Positions 1 to 13,882 are shown, counted from the whole stretch's first letter. The stretch: 63,859 bases of DNA, filler included, from Octopus bimaculoides (GCF_001194135.2; 10 parts of 9 records of this genome joined end to end with filler, not necessarily neighbours in it), one strand, 5' to 3'. Notes: generated by a model not told the origin, from the letters alone. A program made the numbers and translations.

Positions 1-222
1 AAAAAAATATTCAGACAAATACATAACAAAAACACCAGGACTTACAAATATATATAACATACCGAAAATTGCACTACTGGGCACAGCACACATCCTACGC
101 AAAACACTTTTAATACAGTAACCATAAGAGCACCACAGCAAACCACAGCACATACCCAAGGCGCACAGAGCTGCGCTCGGTAGTGAAGTGAAAGCACGTT
201 ATAAAAATAAAACTACTGAACA

Positions 223-295
<73 letters not shown>

Positions 296-316
296 TAATA
301 ATAATAATAGTAATAA
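1..316 (+). mobile_element. 3' end of R4/Dong-type (RLE) non-LTR retrotransposon with (TAA)n tail
   Basis: Frame from nt 2 reads KKYSDKYITKTPGLTNIYNIPKIALLGTAHILRKTLLIQ* (stop 119-121). The 3'UTR is near-identical to those at ~8640-8740 and ~13720-13830, and a (TAA)n tail follows at ~228-316. Confidence 0.9.
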
Positions 317-507
317 CCCCTTTGTTTACTAAGGTAGAAGCCCTGAAATTTGGCGGGGAAGGAACTTGGTGATTGCAGCATCCTTAGAGCTCGATTTGTT
401 CATCATTTTATCGACTCTGAAACAATAAAATGCAAAGTAAACCTTAGCAGTATTTGATCCCGTAGCCTAAAGCCAGAACAAATGCTGCTAATTTTATTCT
501 GGCGTGT

Positions 508-541
508 TCTACTGCTGCCGCTGCTGCCGCTGCTGCTGCTG

Positions 542-607
<66 letters not shown>
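508..607. repeat. (CTG)n/(CTA)n trinucleotide microsatellite
   Basis: Directly visible; explains the poly-L and poly-S ORFs. Confidence 0.95.
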
Positions 608-1074
608 TTCAATCTGTATATTATTTTTAGTGTAATTCTTTCATTTTATTATTTTATTATTCAACTATTGGCTGTTGTTTTCACTGCTGGAGTCGTTTCC
701 ACTTCCTTGTATCTAAATGGGAAATATATGTAGCTATGGTTATCGAAGCTATAAGTGTCCCTTGCTGACAATGGCAGCACCATTTGGTGCAGATAAACAA
801 CAGAAATCGAAAACACACAAGTACACATACTGTGACACAAAAAAGCCCATACGCTGACATATATTTAATAACTAACATCGAAGTACACACACGTTACATA
901 CGTATACACTAATTCCATCTTTGGCGCTCACAGGGAAATTTACAACATTTGTAGTTTAACATATAAACTTGTGATTTTGTATGCATGTATGTACGTATGT
1001 ACGTTTGTATGTATGTATGCATGTATGTATGTAGGTATGTATATATGTTTGTATGTACGCATTTATACGCGTTG

Positions 1075-1113
<39 letters not shown>

Positions 1114-1481
1114 NNNNNNNNNNNNNNNNNNNNNNNNNNNNNNNNNNNNNNNNNNNNNNNNNNNNNNNNNNNNNNNNNNNNNNNNNNNNNNNNNNNNNNN
1201 NNNNNNNNNNNNNNNNNNNNNNNNNNNNNNNNNNNNNNNNNNNNNNNNNNNNNNNNNNNNNNNNNNNNNNNNNNNNNNNNNNNNNNNNNNNNNNNNNNNN
1301 NNNNNNNNNNNNNNNNNNNNNNNNNNNNNNNNNNNNNNNNNNNNNNNNNNNNNNNNNNNNNNNNNNNNNNNNNNNNNNNNNNNNNNNNNNNNNNNNNNNN
1401 NNNNNNNNNNNNNNNNNNNNNNNNNNNNNNNNNNNNNNNNNNNNNNNNNNNNNNNNNNNNNNNNNNNNNNNNNNNNNNNNN

Positions 1482-1522
<41 letters not shown>

Positions 1523-1709
1523 TATGCATGTATGTACGTATGTATATTGCATCAACTCTTTTTATTTGCTCACTGTAGAACTGTTAAAAGAAGTGCCATT
1601 AGTAGTAAAATCGGCAAAAACACATATTGACAAACTTTTCTCAAACGGGAAACATAACTGAAATCTGCTAATGACGGGAGACATTTGCCCTTTGGTGTAT
1701 CATACTCAC

Positions 1710-1807
1710 CTATCAAATATCTTTGAAATTCTTTGATCCAACACAAATTTCCTTTGAAATGCAATGGAGAACAAACACATTGCCGACGCAACGGTATTTC
1801 TCTTAAT
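1710..1807 (-). CDS. candidate isolated internal exon (98 nt), product unknown
   Basis: Minus strand shows a polypyrimidine tract plus CACAAG acceptor and a G|GTGAGT donor. Two frames are open (IKRNTVASAMCLFSIAFQRKFVLDQRISKIFD or LREIPLRRQCVCSPLHFKGNLCWIKEFQRYLI). No homology recognised. Confidence 0.3.
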
Positions 1808-3900
1808 CTTGTGATAAATAAGAAGAAAAAAAAGCAGATATCAAAAAACACTCTACAGTATTATCTTAACATTTTCCATCACTCTGGTTAATAAATTTCA
1901 GAGACAATCTCTAAATGTCAGGTACCATTACTCACTGCCAAAGCTTCGCATATATTCATTCAGTGTACTATGGTTGAATCTGTAAATGATAGTCAGATAT
2001 TACCAAAAGAAAGGGAAAATATATTATAAAATGTTGCTTCTACTGCTTCTTCTTGGATCAAGTATATTTCAGAAGGTAACTAATCCTTACCAATATATTT
2101 TACTTGAGGTAATCCTTGTCAGTTTAGGTTTTTTTTTTTTTGCTTTTTTTTTTCTGCTTCTAGTTCTATTAAAGATACCACACACACAATCGGTAATGTT
2201 GTAAACGTACATTTTCTAACTTAAAAGATTAAAAATTCACTAGCGAAATATTCAAAGTCCTTAAATTGAAGAGTAAGACTAAAGGTATGAACCAATGAAA
2301 ATCGTAAGTTCAGTCGTTCGAAATAACAGCTAAATGTATCTTGTATCACAATTGTATATTTCCCAAAATAGAAAGGTCCTTTTGTTACAGCTTTGTCGAA
2401 GTCACTATGCCTTTGATAACTAGTCAGATCTCTCATTCAAACAATGACGACACAAAATCAACCCCCAGCACCTCCTCTACCACCGCCATTAATGAGAATT
2501 ACTGCTACATTAGAAGGTTGGCAAAATGATTTCTTTGCATTTTGAATTGTAAAATGTATATGTGATGAAATATTTATCACATTTTAAGAAATACGACGAA
2601 TGCATGGGTATCTAATAGTGCTGCAGTCCAGTTTAAGTGAACAAACACACACTAAGTTGAGAACCGTAGTTTAGAAGACAGTTACAACATTAATTTTATT
2701 TGATGACGATATAGACTCTTGTTCTTTCAATTTCTACGCACAGACATGCTCAAAGACACTCAAGCTATGACCATCGCTTGTTTTAAAAGACTACAATACA
2801 GCAATAATTTTTTGTGCTATATTTTTATTCTTTCAGCAAGTAGAAGATTCTTCACTTGTTATTTCGGTACGGTATTTAACGGCCAACCATTTCATATCAA
2901 AAGGATTTAAATAGTTTGCAATCATTACATTCTTACTAGGTGGCCATTATTATAATACATTGGCATACAATTTACTCATTATTGTGGCATGGTAGGATCG
3001 ACGGAAAAGCAAAAAAGTGCCTTGCGTTATTTACTTCTCCTTATGTTTTGAGTTCGAGTTTATCCGTAATGTTATTAATACTTTCATCCCTTCATTAGTA
3101 ACAAAATAATGTACCAGTGAAGTAGAGTGTCAGATTGAATCGACTAACGCCAAATCTTCATAATTACTGGTCTTGTACCACAAAGAGAAACTAGTATTAT
3201 ACATTTCGCTCGAATTTTAATTCTTAACGCACCAACAAGCAGTCGTTCAATCTCTACAAATAGCAGCGAAATTTTCTTCTCAATTCGCAGCCTACCTACT
3301 GCTTCCACTTAACAATATAATGAAAATAAATCTATTATTTCATGACTGCGTTTCTTCAATTTCGAAACTGCTTGGACCACCCAATATACTGAATTGATTT
3401 TCACAGGTAGGCACAGTATAAAATACTGATGGAATAATTGTTAGTATACTTTCAGGATAGAATATATTTATCAGCTCGTTTTAAATTTTGCCAGCACGTT
3501 ACCGTTTGGTGTTGTTAAACCTTGAAAGTAATAAAATAAGATTCTCTCTGTCTGAGAGTTTAGAAAGCATCGTGGGCACCATACTTTCTTTACTAACAGC
3601 ATCATATGAAGAAGGGAAAAGAACAGCTGACATGTCTTTTCTCGTAGGTGCGCTCATTCAAAATACATTTGGGAGAATGTAGCGACGACAACAGTTGTCA
3701 GTGACTAAGCGAGGTTTATATATACATGTATACATAGATAAATACACACACGTACACATACACACACACAGACACACACACACACACACATAAACACACA
3801 TATATACACATGTATATTAATGTTTGTCTTTATGTTCAGTTATAATAAAAACATGTTTACATTAATTTGATGGGTTACAGTATAGCTTTGCACAGTGCAA

Positions 3901-4048
3901 ATTTAATATTCTTAAACAAGAATGTTGTTGAAAATGACTTTTATGTTTCTGCTAGAAAAGCCATCATCAGACTGCTGACGATGGCTTTCCTACGCGAAAC
4001 TTCGAGACTTGTCATTGTCTACAACATTCTTCTTTAAGAATAATAAAT
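3901..4048. repeat. fold-back of two diverged inverted copies, each starting with a hammerhead-like core
   Basis: Arms 3901-3970 and 3975-4048 are reverse-complementary. Each reads CTGA(T/C)GA...GAAAC...GTC outward from the centre. Confidence 0.7.
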
Positions 4049-4153
4049 ACACACACACACAAACACACCTGTATATACATAAATACACACACATATATAT
4101 ATGCACATATTACACATACATACAAATACAGACATTCAAATATATATATATGC

Positions 4154-4194
<41 letters not shown>

Positions 4195-6942
4195 TTGGAC
4201 ATTTTACTCTGAGCCTCTCTGAAAACTGAATCATTTACTTAGAAGTAATCTTATTTAAGACATTTCAGTAAATGATAAGCAGATATTTTGTTACACTATT
4301 CTATCGATTTTGCATCGTTCTACTGTATCTCAGTAAGGCAATGTAACTGTTTGTGTGACATAGTCATAGAAGTGTAACGAAATTATTTGACACTTCATAA
4401 TAATACGTTCTATCTAGGAAAACAAAAATTAAAATGTGCCTGAGTTTTTAAGGGATTATCATACGAAGTCATTTTTAGATTTGGGTTACGTTTAAACTAT
4501 TCAGGTTTAGTATTTATAAATGTGCATGAAAATATATACGATTAATTGTGAGTAATAAGGTCCTGAGTATGAGTTCAAACTGCATCCGGTACTAGGTCGC
4601 TAGCTCGGGATTTACAGGGTTTTGAGGAGTGTGGAAGCTCCTCTTGACTTTTGTTCCCAACTCTGCTCTGGCCCAGATTAGTAGTACGTTATCGAGTTCT
4701 CAACTATGGGTTAAATAGCATGAAACCACCTGAGTCAGTGCACTTTGAAATCGTGTGATGCAGCATAATGGATATTGCAGAAGATGAACTTATTGAGTCA
4801 GTGGAAAACATAACTAGATACTGAGCAGATGAGTACACAACGAACTCACAACGTTCAGGATCATGCACTTTAGTTAGCGAATTATTGTTATTATCTGTAA
4901 TCGTGGTGTGCACAGATGGGCTGCTATTTCAGCTAACGAAAAACTAATATTATTAAAACATACGCCAGATATTCATGTCTCATCATTCGATCAGGACATC
5001 CCATATGGAACAGTTACATATTGGTCGGGGCAAGATTGTATGGTGATGATCAATAATGATCCACAACTGTTTCGTTATTATCAATCCAAGTAGAATGCAT
5101 ATACTATTATACAATTTACCGAATACACCATAAACTAACATACTTAAAATATTTTATAGAAAACTCAAAATCTTCTGGTATCAATTTCTGCCACAGGTCA
5201 AACTATACTGCACGAAATTATATACGTGATTTTGATTATGGAATTACCATTCGCTAATCTTATTTGTATCACAGTCACTCTCTGTTCCTTATGCTCTGAA
5301 TTTAAATGAGATTGTACTACTTGCTTTATTAATTTAAACTTTATATCAATACAACCTAATGGATTTAATTTCTGAAAAATCAATCACTTACATAATGTGG
5401 TAAAGACGTCAGTGCAATAGCAACAAATAGTAGCCAATTATTCTCGCATTACGCACTATTCTCTTAAAAGCTCATCTTCAATAGTTAGTCGTAAATAAGC
5501 TATATTTGCAGATCATAGCTGATTTATGACTACACTAGCCTCTGATCATAAATCTGCTAAGTTCGCTACGGCGCACAGTATTCTATAAAAATTGATATAT
5601 CTATATAATCTGAATAAATCACCTTGATATTTCAATAAATCGATAGGAATAATAGCACATAACTAACACTAATCAAGCGGCACTTCTGTTAATATAGTTT
5701 TTTCTTCATGTGAAAAATGTCTTTTAGCATTACCAAGGGGTTGGCCTTTCCGAAATATATCGAATCATTACAGAATTTGCTATTTCAATATACCAAAATA
5801 ATCTTAAACACACCAAAGTATTTTATATTTCAATTATTGACTTTCACTACCTTCCAAGACAGATCATTACGTTTCTGGGATATACCTGCTATCTCTGTCT
5901 CTCATTTCCATGCATAGACTATTTGGGACTGCGAAGTATCAGGGTATAATTAAAGTGTATTTTGCACCGTGTTAGTCCCGCATCAAGTGACGAGATATCA
6001 GCGCCTTCCGTTAGTTGCTAATATGCTAATATGCTTGTATATATGTATATATATACATACATATATATNNNNNNNNNNNNNNNNNNNNNNNNNNNNNNNN
6101 NNNNNNNNNNNNNNNNNNNNNNNNNNNNNNNNNNNNNNNNNNNNNNNNNNNNNNNNNNNNNNNNNNNNNNNNNNNNNNNNNNNNNNNNNNNNNNNNNNNN
6201 NNNNNNNNNNNNNNNNNNNNNNNNNNNNNNNNNNNNNNNNNNNNNNNNNNNNNNNNNNNNNNNNNNNNNNNNNNNNNNNNNNNNNNNNNNNNNNNNNNNN
6301 NNNNNNNNNNNNNNNNNNNNNNNNNNNNNNNNNNNNNNNNNNNNNNNNNNNNNNNNNNNNNNNNNTATAATTTTCCAGAGGAAAATTTCAAAGTTAAAAA
6401 CCTTATATATATATATATACTATAAATTAACTAACAACAAAAATAATTGGTAAGCTAATTAAAAAAAATCATCACCAAAATAGCAGAGAAAAACGACAGT
6501 GAAGGTATGCAGACTCTTCAAGAATCGATCCTTTTGGTTATATTAATAATAATAACGGATTTACTACGCAAAAACGTATATATTCAAACGAACATATTTA
6601 TCTTCTTCAATATATATTTCAGTATAAAGAATTCATTAAGAGACTTAATAAATCAAAATTTCTTTACACATCTTCAGGAATAACTATAAGATCAGAAAAA
6701 TATACATTCGGTTTAAAAACACAAACCGTTCATGGCGAAACAATTTCACAATTACACAAACGGAACAAAATTTTTAAAGTTTTAGCAAAAAAAACGCTAT
6801 TACCTTCATGCAGTCATCCTCAAATGCGCCCGTACACACACGCACATACGTTCATGCGCGCACACACGTGCACGCTCACATGCATATGTATGCATACACA
6901 ATCAAGCAAAATTAACAAGTCATAAACACACACACACACATC

Positions 6943-6986
<44 letters not shown>

Positions 6987-7086
6987 NNNNNNNNNNNNNN
7001 NNNNNNNNNNNNNNNNNNNNNNNNNNNNNNTTAATTAATTAANNNNNNNNNNNNNNNNNNNNNNNNNNNNNNNNNNNNNNNNNNNN
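6987..7086. other. assembly spacer 44N-TTAATTAATTAA-44N
   Basis: The same 12-mer sits inside N runs at 7031, 8823, 34822, 37452, 49065, 50377, 57938, 61449 and 62688. It carries stops in all six frames, so it is an artificial join. Confidence 0.95.
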
Positions 7087-7195
7087 GGGGGTATATACAA
7101 ACTCTTTATATATGCCCACCTGAAGAGATGTAATTCACTTCTGTTGCTGAGATGATGATGATGATCATGATCATGATGATAACAACAACAACAGC

Positions 7196-8741
7196 TGGAA
7201 ATATTGCTACAGACTATACATGGATTTACCAAAGAAATAAACATGAAATTTGGCTCAGAAAAATGTGCCAAAGCAACCTTGAAACGAGGAAAACTAGTTA
7301 TGAGTAACAACATCGCATTAGATAAAGCAAATTCAATAAGAGAATTAGACCAAAGCCAGACATACAAATACTTAGGAATCAATGAACTAGATACGATGCA
7401 ACACACACAAATGAGAAAGAAGATAAGAAAGGAACACTATAGACGAGTTAGATTAATACTGAAAACAGAGCCCAGTGCGATAAACAAGATAATAGGTGTC
7501 AAGACTCTAGCCGTCTCAGTTATAAGTCATAGCTACAATATTCTTAACTGGACTCAAAATGAACTAATCAAAATAGAAGGAAAACAAGAAAAATAATGAC
7601 AGGATTTATGATTCACCACCCAAAATCTGACATAGAAAGGTTATATATACAAGGTATAGAAGGTAGTAGAGGCCTTATACAGCTAGAAAACTATTACAAA
7701 ATAACCACTATAGGATTACAGAAATACCTGCTTCAGAAGCAAAGAAAACTGATTCAAATAGCCACAAAACACGAGCAAAACAAAAGACTGTTTTCTGTCT
7801 TTAAGAAAGCTGACAAATACCAAAAAGAAGTCACTGTACCTAACAACTATGAAGAAAAAAAGGAAACAATAAAAACTGTAAAGCAACTGAAATCCAAACT
7901 AAAACTGGAGCAGCAACGTATCATGATAAAACGATGGCAAGAAAAGCCCCTACATGGCTGAGAAGCTCAGGACTCAAAGCAGGAACTGGAGGATCTTTAA
8001 CTGCAGCACAAGATCAAAGCCTTCCCACCAGAAATCACCAAAAACACATAATGAAAAGAAATAAAAGTAACGGCAGAATATGTGGTGATGGACAAGAAAC
8101 AATAAATCATATTGTCTCTGGCTGCCCAGTCCTAGCTAAGAAGAAATATATTCACAAACACGACGGAGTTGGGACCTATATACAGTGGAAGCTATGCCAA
8201 CACTATGGAATAACAACAGAAGAAAATGGTACAGGCACACCCCAGAAAAAGTCACAGAAAATGAGAAAGCAACCATACTATGAGATATGCCAATACACAC
8301 AGATAGAGAAATCAAGGCTAATAGGCCGGATTTAGTTGTCAGAGATCACCAAGAAGAAAAATACTTTCTAATCGATGTATCAATACCAATAGATGAAAAC
8401 GTTTCTCTAAAAGAAACGGAGAAACTTTCAAAATACAAAGATCTGGAAATTGAGGTAACTCGAATTTAGAGTCTAAAAACAGAAATAATTCCTATTATAG
8501 TAGGTGCATTATGTATGATAAAAAAAACATTCAGACAAATCCATAACAAAAACACCAGGATTTACAAATATATATAACACACAGAAAATAGCACTACTAT
8601 GCACCGCATACACTCTACGTAAAACACTTTCAATACAGTGAAAATAGGAGCAGTACAACAAACCACACCACATACCCAAGGCACACAGAGCAGCGCTCGT
8701 TAGTGCAGTGAAAGCACGTGATAAAGCACTACTAAATATTA

Positions 8742-8778
<37 letters not shown>
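7196..8778 (+). mobile_element. 5'-truncated, frameshifted R4/Dong-type RLE LINE (RT C-terminus, CCHC region, PD-(D/E)xK nuclease)
   Basis: Motifs TYKYLG, HPKSDIERLY, WQEKPLHG, AAQDQSLPTRN, RICG..ETINHIVSGC and ANRPDLVV..LIDVSIP..EKLSKYKDLEIE are split over several ORFs; (TAA)n tail at the 3' end. Confidence 0.92.
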
Positions 8779-9780
8779 NNNNNNNNNNNNNNNNNNNNNN
8801 NNNNNNNNNNNNNNNNNNNNNNTTAATTAATTAANNNNNNNNNNNNNNNNNNNNNNNNNNNNNNNNNNNNNNNNNNNNAGTAGTAGTAGTAGTAGTAGCA
8901 GTAGTAGTTGTTGTAGTAGTAGTATGGGAACATGCGCTGTAACAGCACGTCATGGCATCCATCATTTGTTGGTGATCCCCCCCCCTCCTGGTGGATGACA
9001 CCTTTGCGGAACTCAGGCAACGACTCTCCAATGCATGGGTTCGTTTGGGTGGTTGTGGCTGGTGAGCGTTTTTACGAGGTCAGAGTGCAAATTTGATCTC
9101 AACTTCTTTTAACTTCAAAATTAGCTCTAATTACATCAGCCCCTGTATTTCACTGGCCCCTTTATCACATGCCGAGGAAACATTGGGTCTATTCTTTGAC
9201 ATGCTCGTCCCTGCATAGCATTGAAGTCAATGTTCTATTTTTATAGTTCTCTTTTACTCTTTTANNNNNNNNNNNNNNNNNNNNNNNNNNNNNNNNNNNN
9301 NNNNNNNNNNNNNNNNNNNNNNNNNNNNNNNNNNNNNNNNNNNNNNNNNNNNNNNNNNNNNNNNNNNNNNNNNNNNNNNNNNNNNNNNNNNNNNNNNNNN
9401 NNNNNNNNNNNNNNNNNNNNNNNNNNNNNNNNNNNNNNNNNNNNNNNNNNNNNNNNNNNNNNNNNNNNNNNNNNNNNNNNNNNNNNNNNNNNNNNNNNNN
9501 NNNNNNNNNNNNNNNNNNNNNNNNNNNNNNNNNNNNNNNNNNNNNNNNNNNNNNNNNNNNNNNNNNNNNNNNNNNNNNNNNNNNNNNNNNNNNNNNNNNN
9601 NNNNNNNNNNNNNNNNNNNNNNNNNNNNNNNNNNNNNNNNNNNNNNNNNNNNNNNNNNNNNNNNNNNNNNNNNNNNNNNNNNNNNNNNNNNNNNNNNNNN
9701 NNNNNNNNNNNNNNNNNNNNNNNNNNNNNNNNNNNNNNNNNNNNNNNNNNNNNNNNNNNNNNNNNNNNNNNNNNNATATA

Positions 9781-9946
9781 TATGACGGGCTTCTTTCAGT
9801 TTCCGTCTACCAAATCCACTCACAAGGCTTTGGTCGGCCCAAGGCTATAGTAGAAGACACTTGCCCAAGGTGCCACGCAGTGGGACTGAACCCGGAACCA
9901 TGTAGTTGGTAAGCAAGCTACTTACCACACAGCTACTCCTGCGCCT
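9781..9946 (-). mobile_element. tRNA-type SINE family A (head GGCGCAGGAGTGGCTGTGTGG...GGTTCAGTCC)
   Basis: A-box/B-box-like head; many homologous copies in the window. Confidence 0.85.
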
Positions 9947-10309
9947 ACCAACAAACCTCTCAACAAACCATACATCCTGGATTTAAGCGGTCAGAGAAAA
10001 ATAAGTTAAGTGTCATGCTAATGATCCCCCACTCCCACCCCACATGCTCAGCAAAAAAAAAAAAAAAATTGAAGAAAAAAAGAAAGAAAAGAAACGAAAA
10101 AGAAAAGAAGGTGGTAGTCCTCATTTCTGACTTTAAATGAATGGTATAGAAACACTAAACCATCCCCTTACAAAATTGCATATCATCATCATCACTATCA
10201 TCATCACCAGTATCATATCAACATTACTATCATCATCATCATTATATCAATATAACTATCATCAACATCGCTATCATCACCACCATCATCTCCATCACCA
10301 TCATAATCA

Positions 10310-10500
10310 TCACTATTGTCATCATTTAACATCCTCCTTCCATGCTGGCATAGATTGGTTGGTTCAGCAGGAGCTGGTGGGCCAGAGGACTACGCCAAGC
10401 TCTATTGTCTACTTTCGCATGGTTTCTATAAATGGTAGTCGTTTGCCAACCACTTTACAGAGTTTACTGGGTGCTCTTTACATGGCACCAGCACCAGTGA
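10310..10500 (-). mobile_element. degraded RTE LINE 3'UTR fragment
   Basis: Similar to 30690-30850 (catcatttaac...catgctggcat...tttcta). Confidence 0.6.
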
Positions 10501-10564
10501 GGTAACCAAGTAAATAGCAAGACAAAGACCCTCTCAACTTAGGTTGGGGATAAGTATTGAGAGA

Positions 10565-11000
10565 AGTAGCTGGTAAGTACTTCTCTCAAGAAGCTTGCTT
10601 CCCAACCACATGGTTCTGGGTTCAGTCCCATAGTGTAACACCTTGACCAAGTGGTTTCTATATAGCCTTGCGCTGACCAAAGCCTCATGAGTGCATTTGG
10701 TAGATGGAAACTGAAAGAAGTTTGTCATGTTGTGTGTTTGTGTGTCTGTGTGTGTGTGTGTGTCTGTGTGTGTGTGTGTGTCTGTGTGTGTCTGTGTTTG
10801 TGCCACCTTCACCACCATTTGACAATGGTGTTGGTGTATTTACATCCCTGTAATTTAGCAGTTCAGCAAAAGAGACCAATAGAATCAGTACTAAGCTTAA
10901 AAAAGAAAAGAAGTAATGGGGTTGATTCATTCACCTAAAATCTCTTCAAGGCAGTGCACCAGCATGGCCATAGTCTAATGACTGAAACCACTAAAAAAAA
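10565..11000 (+). mobile_element. SINE family A, near full length with internal (TG)n
   Basis: Head, central TG repeat and 3' part ending ccagcatggcc...gactgaaac. Confidence 0.8.
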
Positions 11001-11526
11001 GTTTAAAAATAACTTAATTATTAGACCACCTTCTATTATTTCCTATTTGCTTATCCCTAGAAAGTATGAAAAATGGCAAATATTTCCTTGAAACATTGCT
11101 TTTGTTACATTTATTGAAACCCCAAAGAATCCCATTCGACACATGGCTATGTGCTCCCCCACTACTCCTGCTCTTCTTCAGTGATGCATGTAATGTCAGT
11201 CACTAAAGGACATGCTCAAGTGGTTACGGTCAAGCAACTGATAAGGTAAATCTGTGTGGTATTGAGCAGAATATTTACTATAACGATATTTCTGCCTCAA
11301 CGACTCAGCATTGAATCTGTCTGAAATGTAATGGAAAATAGGTCAGTTTCAAAACATTGATGTCCAGGTTACAAAAGCAAACTTTAAAGGGAATAGTAAA
11401 CATTTCCTTTGATTTCTAGATAGAAGCAAATAGGAAATGACCCTTAGTGACCAAAGACAAAAAGAAAGAAAATTTTTGTCCTGCAGTGTACTTAAAGGAA
11501 ACCAGAATGATAATATAAGCATAAAC

Positions 11527-11648
11527 AGGTGCAGGCATGGCTATGTGATTGAGAAACTTGTTTCCCAACCACGTGGTCTTGGGGTCAGTCCCATTATGCA
11601 GCACCTCGGGCATGTGTCAGCTATTGTAGCCCTGGCCCAACCAAAACC

Positions 11649-11690
<42 letters not shown>

Positions 11691-11835
11691 AAAAATGAGC
11701 TTTTTCAGTTTCTGGTTACCAAATCCAATCATAAGGTTTTGGTTGACCCAGGACTATAGTTGGAAACATTTGCTCAGGGTGCTGTGCAGTGAGACTGAAC
11801 ACGGAACTACATGGTTGAGAAGTAAACTCCTTGAC
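11527..11835. mobile_element. two partial SINE family A heads in tail-to-tail orientation around (CA)n
   Basis: Plus copy ~11527-11640 and minus copy ~11694-11835. Confidence 0.7.
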
Positions 11836-12341
11836 CGCACAGCCACACTTGTGCCTAGCAATTTATGTATCATAATATATATGTACATCATTGAAAGGCA
11901 ATTTACTGTGATATTCATCAACACCTTTATGGAAGTACTGTGTTTAAAAACAATATACAGAAGGAAGAAAACCATCCCAGCAGCAGCAGCTAGTGAGAAT
12001 GTCCAATGCAGTTTATCCTTGTTGAGCCTTATCAATGATGTGTACACATAGCCAGCCACATGCTTAGATGAAGTTTATAAGAAATAATGAATAAACAATA
12101 AAAATTTACTGTTATTGTGAATAACCACCTGGCTGAATCATAATAATAATAATAGTAATAATAATAATTATAATAATATGTCCTTAAGGAAGTTGAAAAA
12201 TACAAGAAAATGTCATTAATACCTGACAGCTATGAAGAAAAAGAAGAAACAACAAAAGCTGTAAAACAACTGATATCTTGTGAGACCTTTGACAACAGAT
12301 TGCTGTCCACTCTCACATAATTAACCAGAACAAGTAAAATC

Positions 12342-12474
12342 ATACAATTAAACCTTGGGAGAGGCATTATGCCAGTAATAAACACACGCACTGGTTCAGT
12401 CCTTTATTAATTTATAAACAGTATATAACAGTATATATTACCGGCATAATGCCTCTCCCAAGGTTTAATTGTAT
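12342..12474. repeat. inverted repeat, 39-bp arms, 1 mismatch
   Basis: 12342-12380 is the reverse complement of 12436-12474. Confidence 0.9.
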
Positions 12475-12602
12475 TTCTTTCAACACACGTATCCACATCA
12501 AGAATCTTGCACACGAAATACACATACGAGGTAAGATCATGATCTCTGAGAAGTAAAATTTAATTATAAATAATAATAATAATAATAAGAAGAAGAAGAA
12601 GA

Positions 12603-13843
12603 AGAAAAATAATGACAGGATCTAGGATGCCCCACCCAAAATCTGACATAGAAAGGCTATATATACAATGTACAGAAGGTGGTAGGGGTCTTATACAGCT
12701 GGAAAACTATTATAAAATAACCACCATAGGACTGCAAAAATACCTACTTCAGAAGCAAGGAAAACTAATACAAATAGCCACAAAACACGAGCAAAACAAA
12801 AAACTGTTTTCAGTATTTAAGGAAGCTGACAAATACAAACAAGAAATCATACTACCTANNNNNNNNNNNNNNNNNNNNNNNNNNNNNNNNNNNNNNNNNN
12901 NNNNNNNNNNNNNNNNNNNNNNNNNNNNNNNNNNNNNNNNNNNNNNNNNNNNNNNNNNNNNNNNNNNNNNNNNNNNNNNNNNNNNNNNNNNNNNNNNNNN
13001 NNNNNNNNNNNNNNNNNNNNNNNNNNNNNNNNNNNNNNNNNNNNNNNNNNNNNNNNNNNNNNNNNNNNNNNNNNNNNNNNNNNNNNNNNNNNNNNNNNNN
13101 NNNNNNNNNNNNNNNNNNNNNNNNNNNNNNNNNNNNNNNNNNNNNNNNNNNNNNNNNNNNNNNNNNNNNNNNNNNNNNNNNNNNNNNNNNNNNNNNNNNN
13201 NNNNNNNNNNNNNNNNNNNNNNNNNNNNNNNNNNNNNNNNNNNNNNNNNNNNNNNNNNNNNNNNNNNNNNNNNNNNNNNNNNNNNNNNNNNNNNNNNNNN
13301 NNNNNNNNNNNNNNNNNNNNNNNNNNNNNNNNNNNNNNNNNNNNNNNNNNNNNNNNNNNNNNNNNNNNNNNNNNNNNNNNNNNNNNNNNNNNNNNNNNNN
13401 NNNNNNNNNNNNNNNNNNNNNNNNNNNNNNNNNNNNNNNNNNNNNNNNNNNNNNNNNNNNNNNNNNNNNNNNNNNNNNNNNNNNNNNNNNNNNNNNNNNN
13501 NNNNNNNNNNNNNNNNNNNNNNNNNNNNNNNNNNNNNNNNNNNNNNNNNNTAACTCGAATGTGGAATCTAAAAACAGAAACAATTCCTATCATAGTAGGT
13601 GCCTTAGGTATAATAAAAAAATATTCAGACAAAAACACATGGACTTACAAATATATATAACATACAGAAAATTGCACTACTGGGCACTGCACACATCCTA
13701 CGCAAAACACTTTCAATACAGTAACCATAAGAGCATCACAGCAAACCACAGCACATACCCAAGGCACACAGAGCTGCGCTCGGTAGTAAAGTGAAAGCAT
13801 GTTATAAAAATAAAACTACTGAACAATAATAATAATAATAATG

Positions 13844-13880
<37 letters not shown>

Positions 13881-13882
13881 TA
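12603..13882 (+). mobile_element. R4/Dong-type LINE copy (same family as 7196-8778), middle lost in a gap
   Basis: Reads MTGSRMPHPKSDIERLY...GGRGLIQLE; the 3' end matches nt 1-220; (TAA)n on both sides. Confidence 0.9.

Noticed and set aside
2221-3682. Short ORFs 2221-2436 (minus) and 3488-3682 (plus)
   Set aside because: No motif or exon-boundary support.
4704-5093. Protein-looking short ORFs (MHRWAAISANEK..., MHTTITD...)
   Set aside because: No recognisable family, no convincing splice-site pair, and lengths compatible with chance.
7118-7140. CTGAAGA-GA(TGTAAT)TC as a hammerhead start
   Set aside because: No GAAA, stem III or stem I; too little evidence.
11754-12059. Hydrophobic ORF LHWTFSLAAAAGMVFFLLYIVF
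   Set aside because: Partly overlaps a SINE and a short GCT repeat; no homology recognised.
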